Origin: Azolla caroliniana
Lineage: Eukaryota > Plantae > Polypodiophyta
DNA: 64,000 nucleotides
Direction of reading: 5' to 3'
NCBI GenBank assembly: GCA_043228905.1
Contig: JBHGNT010000011.1
Location: 19,158,001-19,222,000 of the forward strand
The translations under genes and the position numbers were made by a program. The first letter of the stretch is position 1, and each line of letters opens with the position of its first letter. A model generated the notes under the pieces. The model ran no database searches and was not told where the DNA came from. It was given only the letters and a program-made list of their open reading frames with translations. Below, piece by piece: positions 12,192 through 24,453 of this stretch.

Positions 12192-15100
12192 ATGAATTTG
12201 GACATGCCGCTCGACGACCTCATCAAGATCAACAAGCAGAGAGACGGAGGAGCAGGCGGAAGAAGAGGTCGTGGCCGGGGACGAGGCCGAGGCCGCGGTC
12301 GCGGCGGCCTTTCGTCTTCTTCTGCTGCTGCTGCCGCAGGAGGAGGTCGTGGTGATGGTCTCCGTTCCTCTGCTTCTGCTTCAGAGATTCTTCTGAGCAA
12401 CGGATCAGAGAGGAGGAGGACAGGAGCTTTCCTTCGTCCCAGGCGCTCTTCGGCATTCCAAGTCGCAAAGGCAAGCCCACCGAAGCAACCAAAAAAAGAT
12501 CAAAACAAATACACGCACATGATAAATTTTTGTTTTTCAAAGCATTAAAAACATACTGTTTTGTCTGAGAAGGGAAAAGGATCAGTCTTTCGTTTAGGGT
12601 TTTTTTATTTCTTTCTTACCTTCTTCTCTAAGGTGTCACTGTGGCGAGAGGAAGAGGGTACATCAAAAAATCTGTCGACAGTAATACATGGTAATATCTT
12701 TGAGAAGCAAAGAGTGTGACTATATTTTGGTATCTCCCTCATAGCCATGGTGATAAAAACACATATTCTGAAAAGAAGAAGTAAAGTAAACTGTTTCCTA
12801 AACGAACAAGATAAGTTTTGGGTTCTTCACGTTCGTCCTTTGAGAACTATGGGACAAGAGACGATGCTGAACATCGGGACCGTTTTTGTTTTGAGAAAAA
12901 GAAAACTGAACAGGAGAAGAAAAAAGGAGCGCATAACAACAGATCTGTTGAAAGCTGTTCATGTTTAGAAGAACTACATTCATTAGGTTCATTTTTGATA
13001 GTCATGGCAATGAAGAAGGGCAAAAACATAATAACTTGTTTATTTTCAGAAGCTTTAAACTTCTTCTTTGAGGGTCATTGGGAAAGATGATGAGATTGTG
13101 CAAAAAACATTCAATATTTTTTGGCTTGTTTGAGAAACAAAATGGACAGCCTTTAGGTTTTGATTTGTGCTAGAAAAGTCTACTTCAACCATGGGATTGT
13201 GTGTTTGGGAAGCAGAAGAACAGCCTTTAGGTTTTTGCTTTGTGCTAGAAAAGTCTACTTCAATCATGGAATTGTGTGTTTGGGAAGCAGAAGAACAGTT
13301 ATAGTGCTCTCTGTTGAGAGAACCGTGGTTGAATGTTTCCGAGCTCTCATATATCAACTAAGGCAAGGGAAAAAGGAGGTACAGGTATAAGAGTAGATAT
13401 CTCAAACTTGCCTCTCCTGAGCTTAAACATTTGCTCATTTGAGAAGAATAAGGACAGTATTTATGGAGATTTTTTAATCCATCCGTGGAGGATTGTGCTA
13501 TGTATCTTATGGTATTTAGGCTACTTCTCTTGTTGTTGTAGCACAAGGCACCTAAATGCAATTAGAGGAAACAACATAGACAAAGAACTGCTTTCACAGG
13601 ATATATAAACACTGAAGGACAGTTTCTGAATGATTTTTTTTATGGGACAAACATGGCCGATCTACCTAAGATCTCTCTGCTTATTTATGGTTTTGTATGT
13701 TGTTAATGCACAAACAAAGGCTTGTTTGTGACGGATGGGGAGGAGCAAACTGCTTCATTTTTGATGCACGAAAGAATGAGAGAGGGAGAGAGGGAGAGAA
13801 TGAGAGAGATCGATAACAGGAAAGTCTTCTGTTAATGCTGACGCGTGTATAAAAATGGCCAGCCTTTTGTGTCTCGTCGACCTGTGGGATGGACCAGAGC
13901 TTTTCTTGAAGAAGCAGCCAGCAGTGCCCTTGGAGTTGAAACCAGCACCAAGCTTTTCATATCTAATCTTGACTATGGGGTCTCCAATGAAGATATCAAG
14001 GTCAGTCTTGATTTGTTTTGGTCCTTTGATGTCCCATAGGTAGGGCATAGTGCTGTTATAACAATTTATTTTTCCCAAGGAAGTTAAAGACCTTTTTTTA
14101 TAAATCCAAAATCGTTCCAAATCAAACTCACTGTCTTAGAAGCTCTAAAGAGTTTTAGAATTTTGTTACCTTTGAAACCCAGAAATTGGAGATAATTGGC
14201 AGCTGAAACTGATAGTAATAATTTGTGCTGGCCTTGAATTATAATAATGATTGAAAATGGTCAAGGTATCTTTCTTAGTTTTATTATGTTTACCAATATC
14301 AGCATATTTTATTGCAGGAGCTTTTCTCTGAGATGGGTGAACTGAAGCATTTCAGCATACACTATGACAGGAGTGGCCGATCTATTGTATGGATTTACTT
14401 TCTCCTATATAAGTGTGCATCGCAGGGTGTCTGTCAAGTCTTTTTTTTTGTGTATTTAAAGGCTAAATATTTTAACTTTTCCTAATAAATTATGAACAAC
14501 TGATTGTGTTAGGGAGTCTTTTGTGTATTTTAAAGCTAACCTTTGAAGGTGTCCCAATCAATAGGGTACAGCTGATATTGTGTTTGCGAGAAAGGCTGAT
14601 GCTCTTGCAGCAATGAAGAGATACAACAATGTACAATTGGATGGTAAACCTATGAAGATTGAGCTCATTGGAACCAACATTTTACCTCCACCAGGCAGAG
14701 CAGTGTATGCTCATGCTCCAGTTGGGAGAGGTCGACCACGGTCAACCACAAGGTATACATAAGATATATTGAGGTTTGCCATGATGCTCCTGGTTTTTCA
14801 CATGGTTAGAAGTGCCCCTGATATTTTCAAACTTCCTGAACACTGTTATTTTTTTGAATTCAAGTATCTCAGACATTTTCTCTACACTTTCTCTCTCAAT
14901 ATCTCTAGTTAGATAAATTGGACAAATTCTCTTTTTTTTGAGGTGGGGGGGGGGGGGGAGAATTTGGAAAGAACTGAAAAGGTATTTTGCTGATATATGG
15001 GTTCTTGTTGTTGAGGAATGTAGTCCAATGATGTTTTTTTGTGAGGATGCTGAAAATTCGATACTGTGTTTATATATATACAGGGGGCGTGGTCGAGGTT

Positions 15101-15231
15101 CTGGTCTTAAACGTGGACGAGGCCGCGGAAGAGGGCGACGTTCCACTGGAGATGACAAGAGGGTACCAACTGCAGAGGACTTAGATGTAGATTTGGAAAA
15201 ATATCATAAAGATGCGATGCAAACCTCTTAA
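12192..15231 (+). CDS. ALY: THO complex subunit 4 / ALY-REF mRNA export adaptor (~273 aa)
   Basis: Exons 12192-12470, 13863-14000, 14318-14386, 14565-14752 and 15084-15231 join in frame. N-terminal REF motif [12 protein letters not shown] repeats, RRM ([21 protein letters not shown]...YDRSGRS.GTA...[17 protein letters not shown]), C-terminal motif [13 protein letters not shown]. Confidence 0.95.
13146..13298. repeat. 74-bp tandem duplication in ALY intron 1
   Basis: ACAGCCTTTAGGTTTT...GGGAAGCAGAAGA x2. Confidence 0.9.
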
Positions 15232-15934
15232 GGTTTTCAAGTTTGTATGCTGTGATGAAATCAGTCTGGAGGTTATCACAGCTCAAAACGATGGATTTCT
15301 GTTTTAACTTGTATCAACTCCTTCTGCATATTCTTGCTTAGGGGTTAGCTTCTCTGATATTGTATGATGATGACAGATGTTAAAATTAGTTTTTTGATAG
15401 GGTTTTCATTTTAATGTTCCTCAGAAGTTGCTCTGTAGACGATTTCTTTTAACATGTCAACACTACAATGCCTGAAGTCCTAAAAATTCTTTGATTGGGT
15501 GTTGCACCCTATTGAGAGATGATTTCTATTGAAAAGCTCAGACGATTTACATCAGATTTTGCATCGTCAATTTGCCAAACAGAAAATGGTGTGGTAGCCA
15601 CAAAGTTCAAGCAGAAAGTCATGGATTTTGCCGAAAGTGCAACTTGTATGGATTGTCCTCTGACGAAGATAGTTGTGATAGCAGTAGGAAAATACTTACA
15701 CCAGATGCCGACGTTATTCTAGGGATCTACACAAAAGATACAGTTTCTACCAAATGTCTACCTCACGCTAAATCAGTGGTCAAGAATGTCTCAGTGAATG
15801 ACTAAAGTTCAGTTATTTCGTTGGTCCTTATGCATAGAAAGCCAGAGATTGGTATTTTCTGGACATGTAGCACTTTCATTAAATATCTGGTTAGCTGATT
15901 TTGTTCTGCTTAAATTTTGTACCATTCCATTACT

Positions 15935-16324
15935 TTTTTTTATGTTATCTTGGTCCTGCTTTGGTAATGGTTATGATCAATATTTTGTCACTCAATCATT
16001 AAACAGTTGTATTTCTTTACTCCATTTTTGATCTGATTCTACTCCATTTTTTTATGTTATCTTGGTCCTGCTTTGGTAATGGTTATGATCAATATTTTGT
16101 CACTCAATCATTAAACAGTTGTATTTCTTTACTCCATTTTTGATCTGATTCTACTCCATTTTTTAATGTTATCTTGGTCCTGCTTTGGTAATGGTTATGA
16201 TCAATATTTTGTCACTCAATCATTAAACAGTTGTATTTCTTTACTCCATTTTTGATCTGATTCTACTCCATTTTTTAATGTTATCTTGGTCCTGCTTTGG
16301 TAATGGTTATGATCAATATTTTGT
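15935..16324. repeat. 112-bp tandem repeat, ~3.4 near-identical copies
   Basis: ATGTTATCTTGGTCCTGCTTTGG at 15942, 16054, 16166 and 16278. Confidence 0.95.
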
Positions 16325-17526
16325 TATTTATTGAGACTGGTGGATTGCAGGCTCTACTCAATAATTTGCAGTTGTAATTTCATAAGCCTTTTCCAAATAC
16401 TGCCTAGTTTTTTGAAGATAAACAGAAGTGAAAATCTTACGAGTTTTTATTTTTGATGTCTCATGCTAAAGCAGGTACACCTGCTAAAACAGTATCTTGG
16501 TACACCTGTGTTATCACTAGAGTAGTTTAATGAATCATGTAACCCTTTCTTGTGGTCTATTATTTGTGATCTGTATCATGCTGTTTTATTGAAGTCTTGA
16601 AGTGGTGAATGCTTTGCCCATTGATGTGATCAAGCGAAACATATTTGTGAGGTTCTCAATTCAGTGATTTGTGAGGTAGATACATCTTTAAATTGCCCAA
16701 ACCACACATCACCCACATGTCAACTTTGATTGCATCCTTCCAATTGACCATATAATCAATAAATCGAATGCTCCTTGGTTGAATCAGATCTAATTCTTTA
16801 CTACCCTAGCCATGATTCTTAGAGCCAGGGACTTTTAAACCAAGTATTGCTTGCTCTTGTTAGCTCCAATTGAATCCTCCCAATTACATATATGCTCAAT
16901 ATTCATCCAAATTCTAGCCATATTCTTCCAGTTTGGGTAGACAAATTTCTTTCACAATCCAAATACTGTATCCTCTATTTGCAGTCTTCCACATCATCTT
17001 GTCACACATTACATAAATAGACTAAGCAGCAAGCTTCTTACCTCACCCCCCTCTGCAGCTCTAACCTGGTTTGGAACATGGACATGCAAGAAGATTTGAT
17101 TGTGGGTAGGTTTTGTGGTGAAAGCAAAAGTAGTGGATAAGAACTTGGAAGTGAACCACTAAAAGAATCCTTACAACTAAACACTTCCCTAGCATACACC
17201 AAATTTACAAATGCCTATTCTATAACATATCACAGATTTTAAAAAGGTATTATTTTTGTTTTTAATTGATTCTTCTTTGCAAAAGAATTAATTGAGTAAT
17301 TAGTCTATTGAAAGATGTATCGGCAAAATCCAGACGACATTATTCCAATACCCATAGTTCATCCATGCCTATAAATGAATCCTATTATGAATAGATTCAG
17401 CCATGAAGCTTACTCTTCAATCTCTGTCGAAATCCATAACTAACACTGCTATTAAAAAGAAAATGGAACCACCAATCATATTTAAAGTGAACTTGTCGGA
17501 TATAACAGAAACACGAATCAGCGTAA

Positions 17527-17696
17527 TTTCCCCTGAAAACAGAATATCATTACAACAGTGTATTTATTATCAATATCCTCACCAATTTCCTGATCAAACA
17601 TATACATTATCTTTCCCCTGAAAACAGAATATCATTACAACAGTATATTTATTATCAATATTCTCACCAATTTCCTTATCAAACATATACATTATC
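17527..17696. repeat. 85-bp tandem duplication
   Basis: TTTCCCCTGAAAACAGAATATCATTACAACAG at 17527 and 17612. Confidence 0.9.
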
Positions 17697-18526
17697 AAGG
17701 TGGATACGCTTTTCCAGTACCTCCTTTGTAAACAAGAAATTATGCTAATACCCTCATGAGCGATTTGTTGTCTATGATATGATGAGTTTGAAACACCAAT
17801 ACAATGCTATTCAGGTTGATGCTATTTTCCCACTTTAGCAGTAAATTTGAATTTCATGTTATAGAGTTATAGCAACTGCCCACCCCCAGTCTGATAGTCT
17901 AGACTCTAGACTCTAAATAAGAGCAACCTCCTAACTGCTCTACCACAGATACCAAAGAGAAAGCTAGCATTTTTGGTGTGATTTGAGTAAAGGATAAAAA
18001 ATATCCACGTTAAACCACGATCACATTTCAGCTCTACATTTCATCTTCCTGGAAGTGGCTTCTGTTATATGCAGTGTTTGTTCTGTAGAAACAAGTCATT
18101 CTTGAAGCCTCTTTTCTTTTTTCTTTTGTTTGTGTTACCATATCAATAAGCTAATCGAGTTATTACCAATTAAACTACTACTTAACCGACCCAGCACTTA
18201 GAAAACATGATTTCCTACTCATTGGAAATGTAATTGCGTCACAAGTTTGCAACAGAACAGTTTTAAATTTTAGATCGCAGCAAAGCATACACTTCAGGTA
18301 TTATTATATAAGATGGCCAAGGAATTCTACAGTGATTAGTTAAATTAAGAACTAATCAACAATCAATCACATAATAACAATTATCAACAAAACATGACAA
18401 ACTATTCCAAGGCTCATGTCAAGTTTCCAATAAAACTAATGGCAGTCAATATATCACACCAATAAATGTATCTATATAAGTCTCATGGATACAATGCCAA
18501 AAACATAAACGTACAACTGTCAAGAA

Positions 18527-21500
18527 TTAATAATCACGCCCCAAAAACTCTAGGAGCTCCCTGTCATCATCTGTTTTCTCTTCGGTAACTTTTTGCTTCT
18601 TCTTTTTGAATAATCTTGATCGGAACATTATAGGCTTCCCTAACTTTCTTGGTATCGGAGCCTAGATGAAGGGAAATAGAAAATTGTTGATGTCTGTGCC
18701 AGAATTAACTACAAAAAGTATATTATACTGAGTGCTTTCTTTCACACCAATAAAATGCATTCAATATCATTACACGTGCGTATATGACTTAATAGCATCA
18801 AATATTCCATAATCTCTAATCACTCCAACAAACTCCAGAAGAGAAAGACTGGGCGAATAGACAAGGTTCAGTGGTAACCTATATAAACATGGCTTTAAAA
18901 GAGATCCAATATGATTTCCATCTAGATAGAATTCCATGTATTCTTAGATTGTTAGACCACATTATTATTCCAGTGTGGCAAAATGGATCTCTTCAATAAT
19001 TAAAGAAAATTTGATGTTTCTAATGATTAGATACCATATTGACACATCAGATTGCTTACATGTGCTCTTTCTAAGCTTCTTTCAGCCCTCTTTTCTTGCT
19101 CCACACGTTGTTTTTCCATCTTCTCCTCTCGTAATGCAAGCCGTCTTTGTTTCTCTCTAGCCTTTTCCGTCTGCTCGATAAAGTCACTGGGCACACCTTC
19201 TAAAGCTGCAATACTTTCCTCTAGCTTACCCTATTATTAATCACAATTAAAAATGCCTATTCAGTTTTTGGGAACGCAATTACACATTCATCAAACTCAG
19301 ACAAGCATTTCCCATGCATGAAGAAGTGATAACTCGAAAACTGTCTAAGATACAAGGTTATACCGGAGTCATTTAGTTGAGGGTATGAACACTATCAGAG
19401 CATAGCAAAACGGAACTGAGCATAAATATCAGCTGGTCCAAGATGGAGAGGGATTATAGCTAGAGAAATATAGGGTAAATTTACACTACCAAAGAAGTCC
19501 ATGTGAATGAGTACAGATATTGTCAATCACTTACATGCACAGGGAAGACAATATCCTATATCCACCATATTGGAACATGTGAATCACACAAAATTTCAAT
19601 GACTTTTCCAGAGTCTGGGTGAGTGAACTCAGCAATGAAGTAGTCTAACAATAAGTAAAAGAAAGACCTGGTAAAAATGTATTCAGTACATACAAATGGT
19701 CTGTTACAAAACGTATACAATAATATAAGTATATTGCCAAAATTATAGAAATATTATTTAAAGATCTATCATATATTGTCAATCTACTTAAAGCATATTG
19801 GAACCCACCTCAATGCTTGTTAGCCTTTGCAATGTTCCTAGTGAAGAATCATCCTCCAACCCACATCTTCTATATATTTCGGAAACTTTTTCTGAAATCT
19901 CCTCAAAGGACACATCATGTTTTTTGTCAATCATATTCACATTTGGTTTGTTTTGTAAATTATTCTCCCGTTCTTCTTCCATCTTTATGGACTCATTGAT
20001 TGTCTGGTTATTTTTCCACAGTCAGGGCAAGCGTGGGGCATAGAAATCATATAATCATTTGAAGATTCAAAAACTTGGTGACTGCATTTATCTAGAAAAG
20101 GACATCACATTTATTCACATCGAATATGGTACCTCCAATTGTGAACGAAGATTTGATATCTTTGTTTCATTTGTCAATTTAGTTTCGCTAAATTTTGTTT
20201 TAAGGTCTTCTAGACTGGTTTCCATGTCTTGGTGCTCTTGCATCAGGAGGAGATTTTTCTCTTCCAGGCCCCTAAATATCTCAAGTAGCTGCAATAATAG
20301 TTGTTATAATATTCAACCAATATAAAAAGGATAAAGAAGTTTAAATATTACCATCTGAATGAAAACAAATCATCATACTGAAACAACCATGCACATAGCT
20401 TATTCTATCAGAGAATCAAAGAAATAAGCAGAAATATATATGGCCAATAAGAAAAGGTAATCCAAAATTAAGACACATGGAGGCTGCTCTGCAAGGATGC
20501 CTTCATACATATGCCACTTAAATGAAGTGAATCAGAGGGTCAATTCATTCCCCACCTGAGTAGGAGTCTGGAAATACATTTTCTCCATGGCATCTGCCTC
20601 CATATCTCCTTCGCGAACTGCATCATTTGTTCCATACAAACAATTAACTTATAAAGCTATGGTACTTATAATAGTAATATTCCAGTTTTGTATGAGCATA
20701 TTTATAACAGATTCTCGTAGTACATAACATCAAAGCAAAAATCTAAAATGTCACAACTATTACCTTCTTTTGTAGCAGCATCTGCAGCTTCCAATTTCTC
20801 TTTGTTTGCCTGATTATTCTCATTTTGAAATCTATTATTTGCATCTAGCCATTCCTTTGGAGTAAGACTCAAAATAAAATCTTTGTATTTTTTGCATTCA
20901 TCCAGTTGTTCTTGGAACTGATATCATTAGGAAAACGAAAGCACTTAATCCAAACATGCTAATCTATGATGCAGCATTATTCAGGTTCTTCTGGTGACTC
21001 TCGTATCAGTCACATCAGGCTTCATAAAAAAATGATCAACTTTTTAACTGAACTAACCTTGTTAAGATCCTTCTTCATTGTTGCCATATGAACATTTAAC
21101 CTCTTTATCTCTGCAAGCTGCAAATAATTAAAAGTTTCTTTAAACGATTGATTTTCTATCCATGAAACCTTAGGTATATAAAACTCACAATTCTACCTTC
21201 TCTTGCTTCAATTTTGTGTGGTATTCAGCCTTTTTTATTGCTTCTTGCACCTACTTCTACAAGGATCATGTTACTTAAGCTTAACATGAAAAGAAAACGA
21301 AATGATGTGACGGCATATTAAAAGATTCAGAAAAAAATTAACAATTAAAAATCAAAAAAGAAATTACTAGATGACATTTTAGATATTCCAAGATTCTTTC
21401 TCAAGGATAAGATTAAGAAACTACATTGCCATCTTGAATTCTAAGCTCCTCTGAAAATAAAATTTTCTTAGTCATCCAAAACAATGAATTCTATTGATTG

Positions 21501-24453
21501 AATCACCAGTATAGTGTCCTTGTCATTTTCATAGTGTAGCAAGTCTTGGTATTCGATAAATGATTCATGCATCAAACTTTGCAAGCAATAATATCGAATA
21601 TGACAATGCATAAAACAATAATGCTGATGCTTGAATCCTTGAAATTTAGCCGCCAATATCATGCAAGAAATGTGATTTTCTTCCTTTCTTAAAAATCAGC
21701 CATGGCTCATTTTTCTAACATGTCAACCCTACTCAACTTGGCATAACCATGCATTTCGTATTCCTACCTCTTGGTGCTGGGGAACCCTGATTGCACCATC
21801 AAAAAGAGATTGAGCTGAAATTAGCTTTCGCCTACAAATGAATTAGGGAGGTAGTGGTCATGAAGTTCTGAAACTGAATTACGAAGGCAATGAAAATTTA
21901 ACATCAGTTGGTACAAACATTCGTTTTCTACTTTCAGGGCATTCACATCAAAATGGTTTCTCAAATACAACACTTTATGTCTAAAAAAGTGACCTCGATT
22001 TCCTCACATTGTTATGGGTGTTTCCTTGTATAAATTCAATAAAAGTCAGGAGTTACAAAAGAAAAGTGTTGTTTAAGCATGACTAGCATGATGCCAGCTG
22101 ATCTAATATTTTCAGCTTCCCACAGACACGAAGTATGTAAGAACCTTTTCCAGGATAAGTTCTGATTTCTTATGAAGTAGAATGAAAAAAGTGTTTTCCA
22201 AATGCATCAACTTTATTTTGTATTTTTTAAGGGAAGTTTATGATGAGTTTCCAGAACCAAATACAGCACCAAATTGTCTTCAAAATTACTGTTTCGGTTA
22301 AGTTCATTAATCAAGCAGCAAAGATTTTTATTCGATTGGGCAAGTAGACATTTCAGGTTTTAAACATGTAAATCAGACACATTGGATCCACCTTTTCATC
22401 ATTTTGCTTCAGGAATGCTTCAAACTGTGCAATATCTTCTGCCAGCATTGCTTCACTTTTTCTTAAAGCCTGACAAAAGAAGCTCTTACATTTTTGCTAT
22501 GATTGAAGATTAAATTACAAAAAACAAGCCTCTAATGAAATTTCATTAACTAAAGCCTGGCAAATAAAGTTCTTACATTTTAGCTATGATACAAGTTTAA
22601 ATTAACAAACACAAGTTTCTCTGATGAAAATGCAGTAACTCTTTTCTTGAACAAGGCTATATTACTGTTTTATGTCTAGAGGTATCATCCAACTAAAAAA
22701 GAAGCCTTCCCTATGTAAAAGAACTTATGCAAGTAATTGTAAAGATAACAAAGCCACATTGGATACTTCATCATTGTGCAGTTGTTACAACAATATAGTT
22801 TTGACACTTGGAGAGTCAATCATCTCAATAAGTGAATAAGTATATTAAAGCAGCCTAGAGGTCGTTTTTTCTAGCACGGAATACAAGATTTTACATTAAT
22901 TTTAAAGATTCAAAAACTAACATTTCCATTGATCACTATGATATTTTAATTGGATAACGAATTATTATTACTTAGATAGTATGCCAACTGTCTAAATTTC
23001 AACAATGGAGTTCAAGATCCCTTCAATCCTACCTCCTCTCTTTGAAAAGATCCTTCTTCAAGTTTCCGAATCTCAGCTCGTTTGTTGTCCAGACTCATTT
23101 GAACTAAAAAAATCTCCCTTTTCTTCGCAATAAATTCTGCCATGTTTTCCTGCATTAAACTCTCGATCACTTTTAACAAACACTAGATGTGAGTTTCTTA
23201 AACAGATAGTCCATAAGAAATATTTCTGATTTTCTCAAAAGGTTTGCTAAATTACTGAAGTGGATGTATTAAAAAGTAGGTTGAGAAAGGGTTTACTTTC
23301 TCTCTGTGATAGTGCTCAGTTGGAAGAATGGTAGCAGCCTTGATTGATTCCATCTCTTTGGCTAGTTGTGCACTAATTGCTGCTAGCTCCTGCGCATAGA
23401 AAGTGGGAAAAGGATCAATAAATCCTACAGCTATGAAAAAACATTATATATTCAGAAAATAAAATGTTAGTTAAATAAAAATGAATGCAAATTTGGTTTT
23501 GGCTTCAGACACTTATATTCTGAAATGAAAGCATTAAAATGTACTCAAATAGTTGCAGGCCACGATGCAATATATATGAAGGCAAATTAGCCATTGCTTA
23601 CAAAAACTCCATTGACCTGTTTATCTATACTATACTGCACATGAATACAAAATATTCCTTAAGCACCAAGCTTCTCAATAAACCATGATTATGTTTCTCC
23701 AGATTAGCCATTGGTAACAAAAGCTCCATAGACCTGTCTATCTATACAATTCTAGACATTGAATACAAAACGTTCCCAAGGACTAAGCTTCTTAGTAAAC
23801 CATGATTACGTCTGTCATTTACCCATGTGTAAGAAAGCAAATTGGTCATTGTGTATAAAAGCTCCATATACCTATTCATTTATACAGTAGTACACAATGG
23901 ATACAAAGTATTTCTAAGCACCAAGCTACTTGAATATTCTTCCATTTCTCAGTTGGGAAATGAGCAAGGGGAACCATTCAATGCAATCTAAAAAATCCTA
24001 AATTCACATTATTATTACATTAACACAGTCACTCGTATACATACAAGAAGAAAGGGTGATACTACATACTTGTTTCAATGATTCAGATGCAACAGTGCCA
24101 GCCATTCTTGATGCGAAGGTAGTCTTCTGAAACACTGGTAGGCTCCTCTCCTTTTTCTTTTGTTCCTTCCATTTCTTCTCAAGACCTCTAATTCTGAATA
24201 TTTCCTCATCATCAGGCATGACAAATGGCCTTTTTCCCCATTCCCTGGAACGAAATTCAGCACAGAACATTTAAGAATCACAGAATGTATAAGATGATGA
24301 AGAATTAAGAAGGTGAAATTAACTGAATAACGTCAAAATTAGCTATGAGTTCCACACATACTCCTGAATTGTTTCTGCTGTCTTGATCACATGAGGAGGG
24401 ATAACACTGTCTGAGCTGTTTGGTTCATATGTTTCAGCACCATGTCCATTTAG
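18527..24453 (-). CDS. CFAP100: Cilia- and flagella-associated protein 100 (CCDC37/FAP100/MIA1, DUF4200), ~513 aa of open frame, 5' end unresolved
   Basis: GT-AG exons in frame: 24453-24362, 24244-24070, 23389-23297, 23149-23033, 22469-22392, 21250-21197, 21117-21058, 20917-20764, 20617-20556, 20288-20133, 20003-19809, 19230-19060, 18661-18527 (TAA). Motifs: PFVMPDDEEIF...KTTFASRM; ENMAEFIAKKREIFLVQMSLDNKRAEIRKLEE; FEAFLKQND; YKDFILSLTPKEW; MYFQTPTQLLEIFRGLEEKNL; GKPIMFRS. First in-frame ATG seen is at 24219. Confidence 0.9.
22465..22640. repeat. ~87-bp diverged tandem duplication containing a CFAP100 splice acceptor
   Basis: AAAGCCTGACAAAAGAAGCTCTTACATTTT vs AAAGCCTGGCAAATAAAGTTCTTACATTTT. 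Confidence 0.8.
23581..23930. repeat. Three diverged ~120-bp tandem units in a CFAP100 intron
   Basis: Recurring ATTAGCCATTG...AAAGCTCCATAGACCTGT...GAATACAAAA...AAGCACCAAGCT. Confidence 0.8.

Noticed and set aside
15935-16324. Possible CRISPR-like array (also 59363-59598)
   Set aside because: Whole units repeat with no unique spacers; eukaryotic context.
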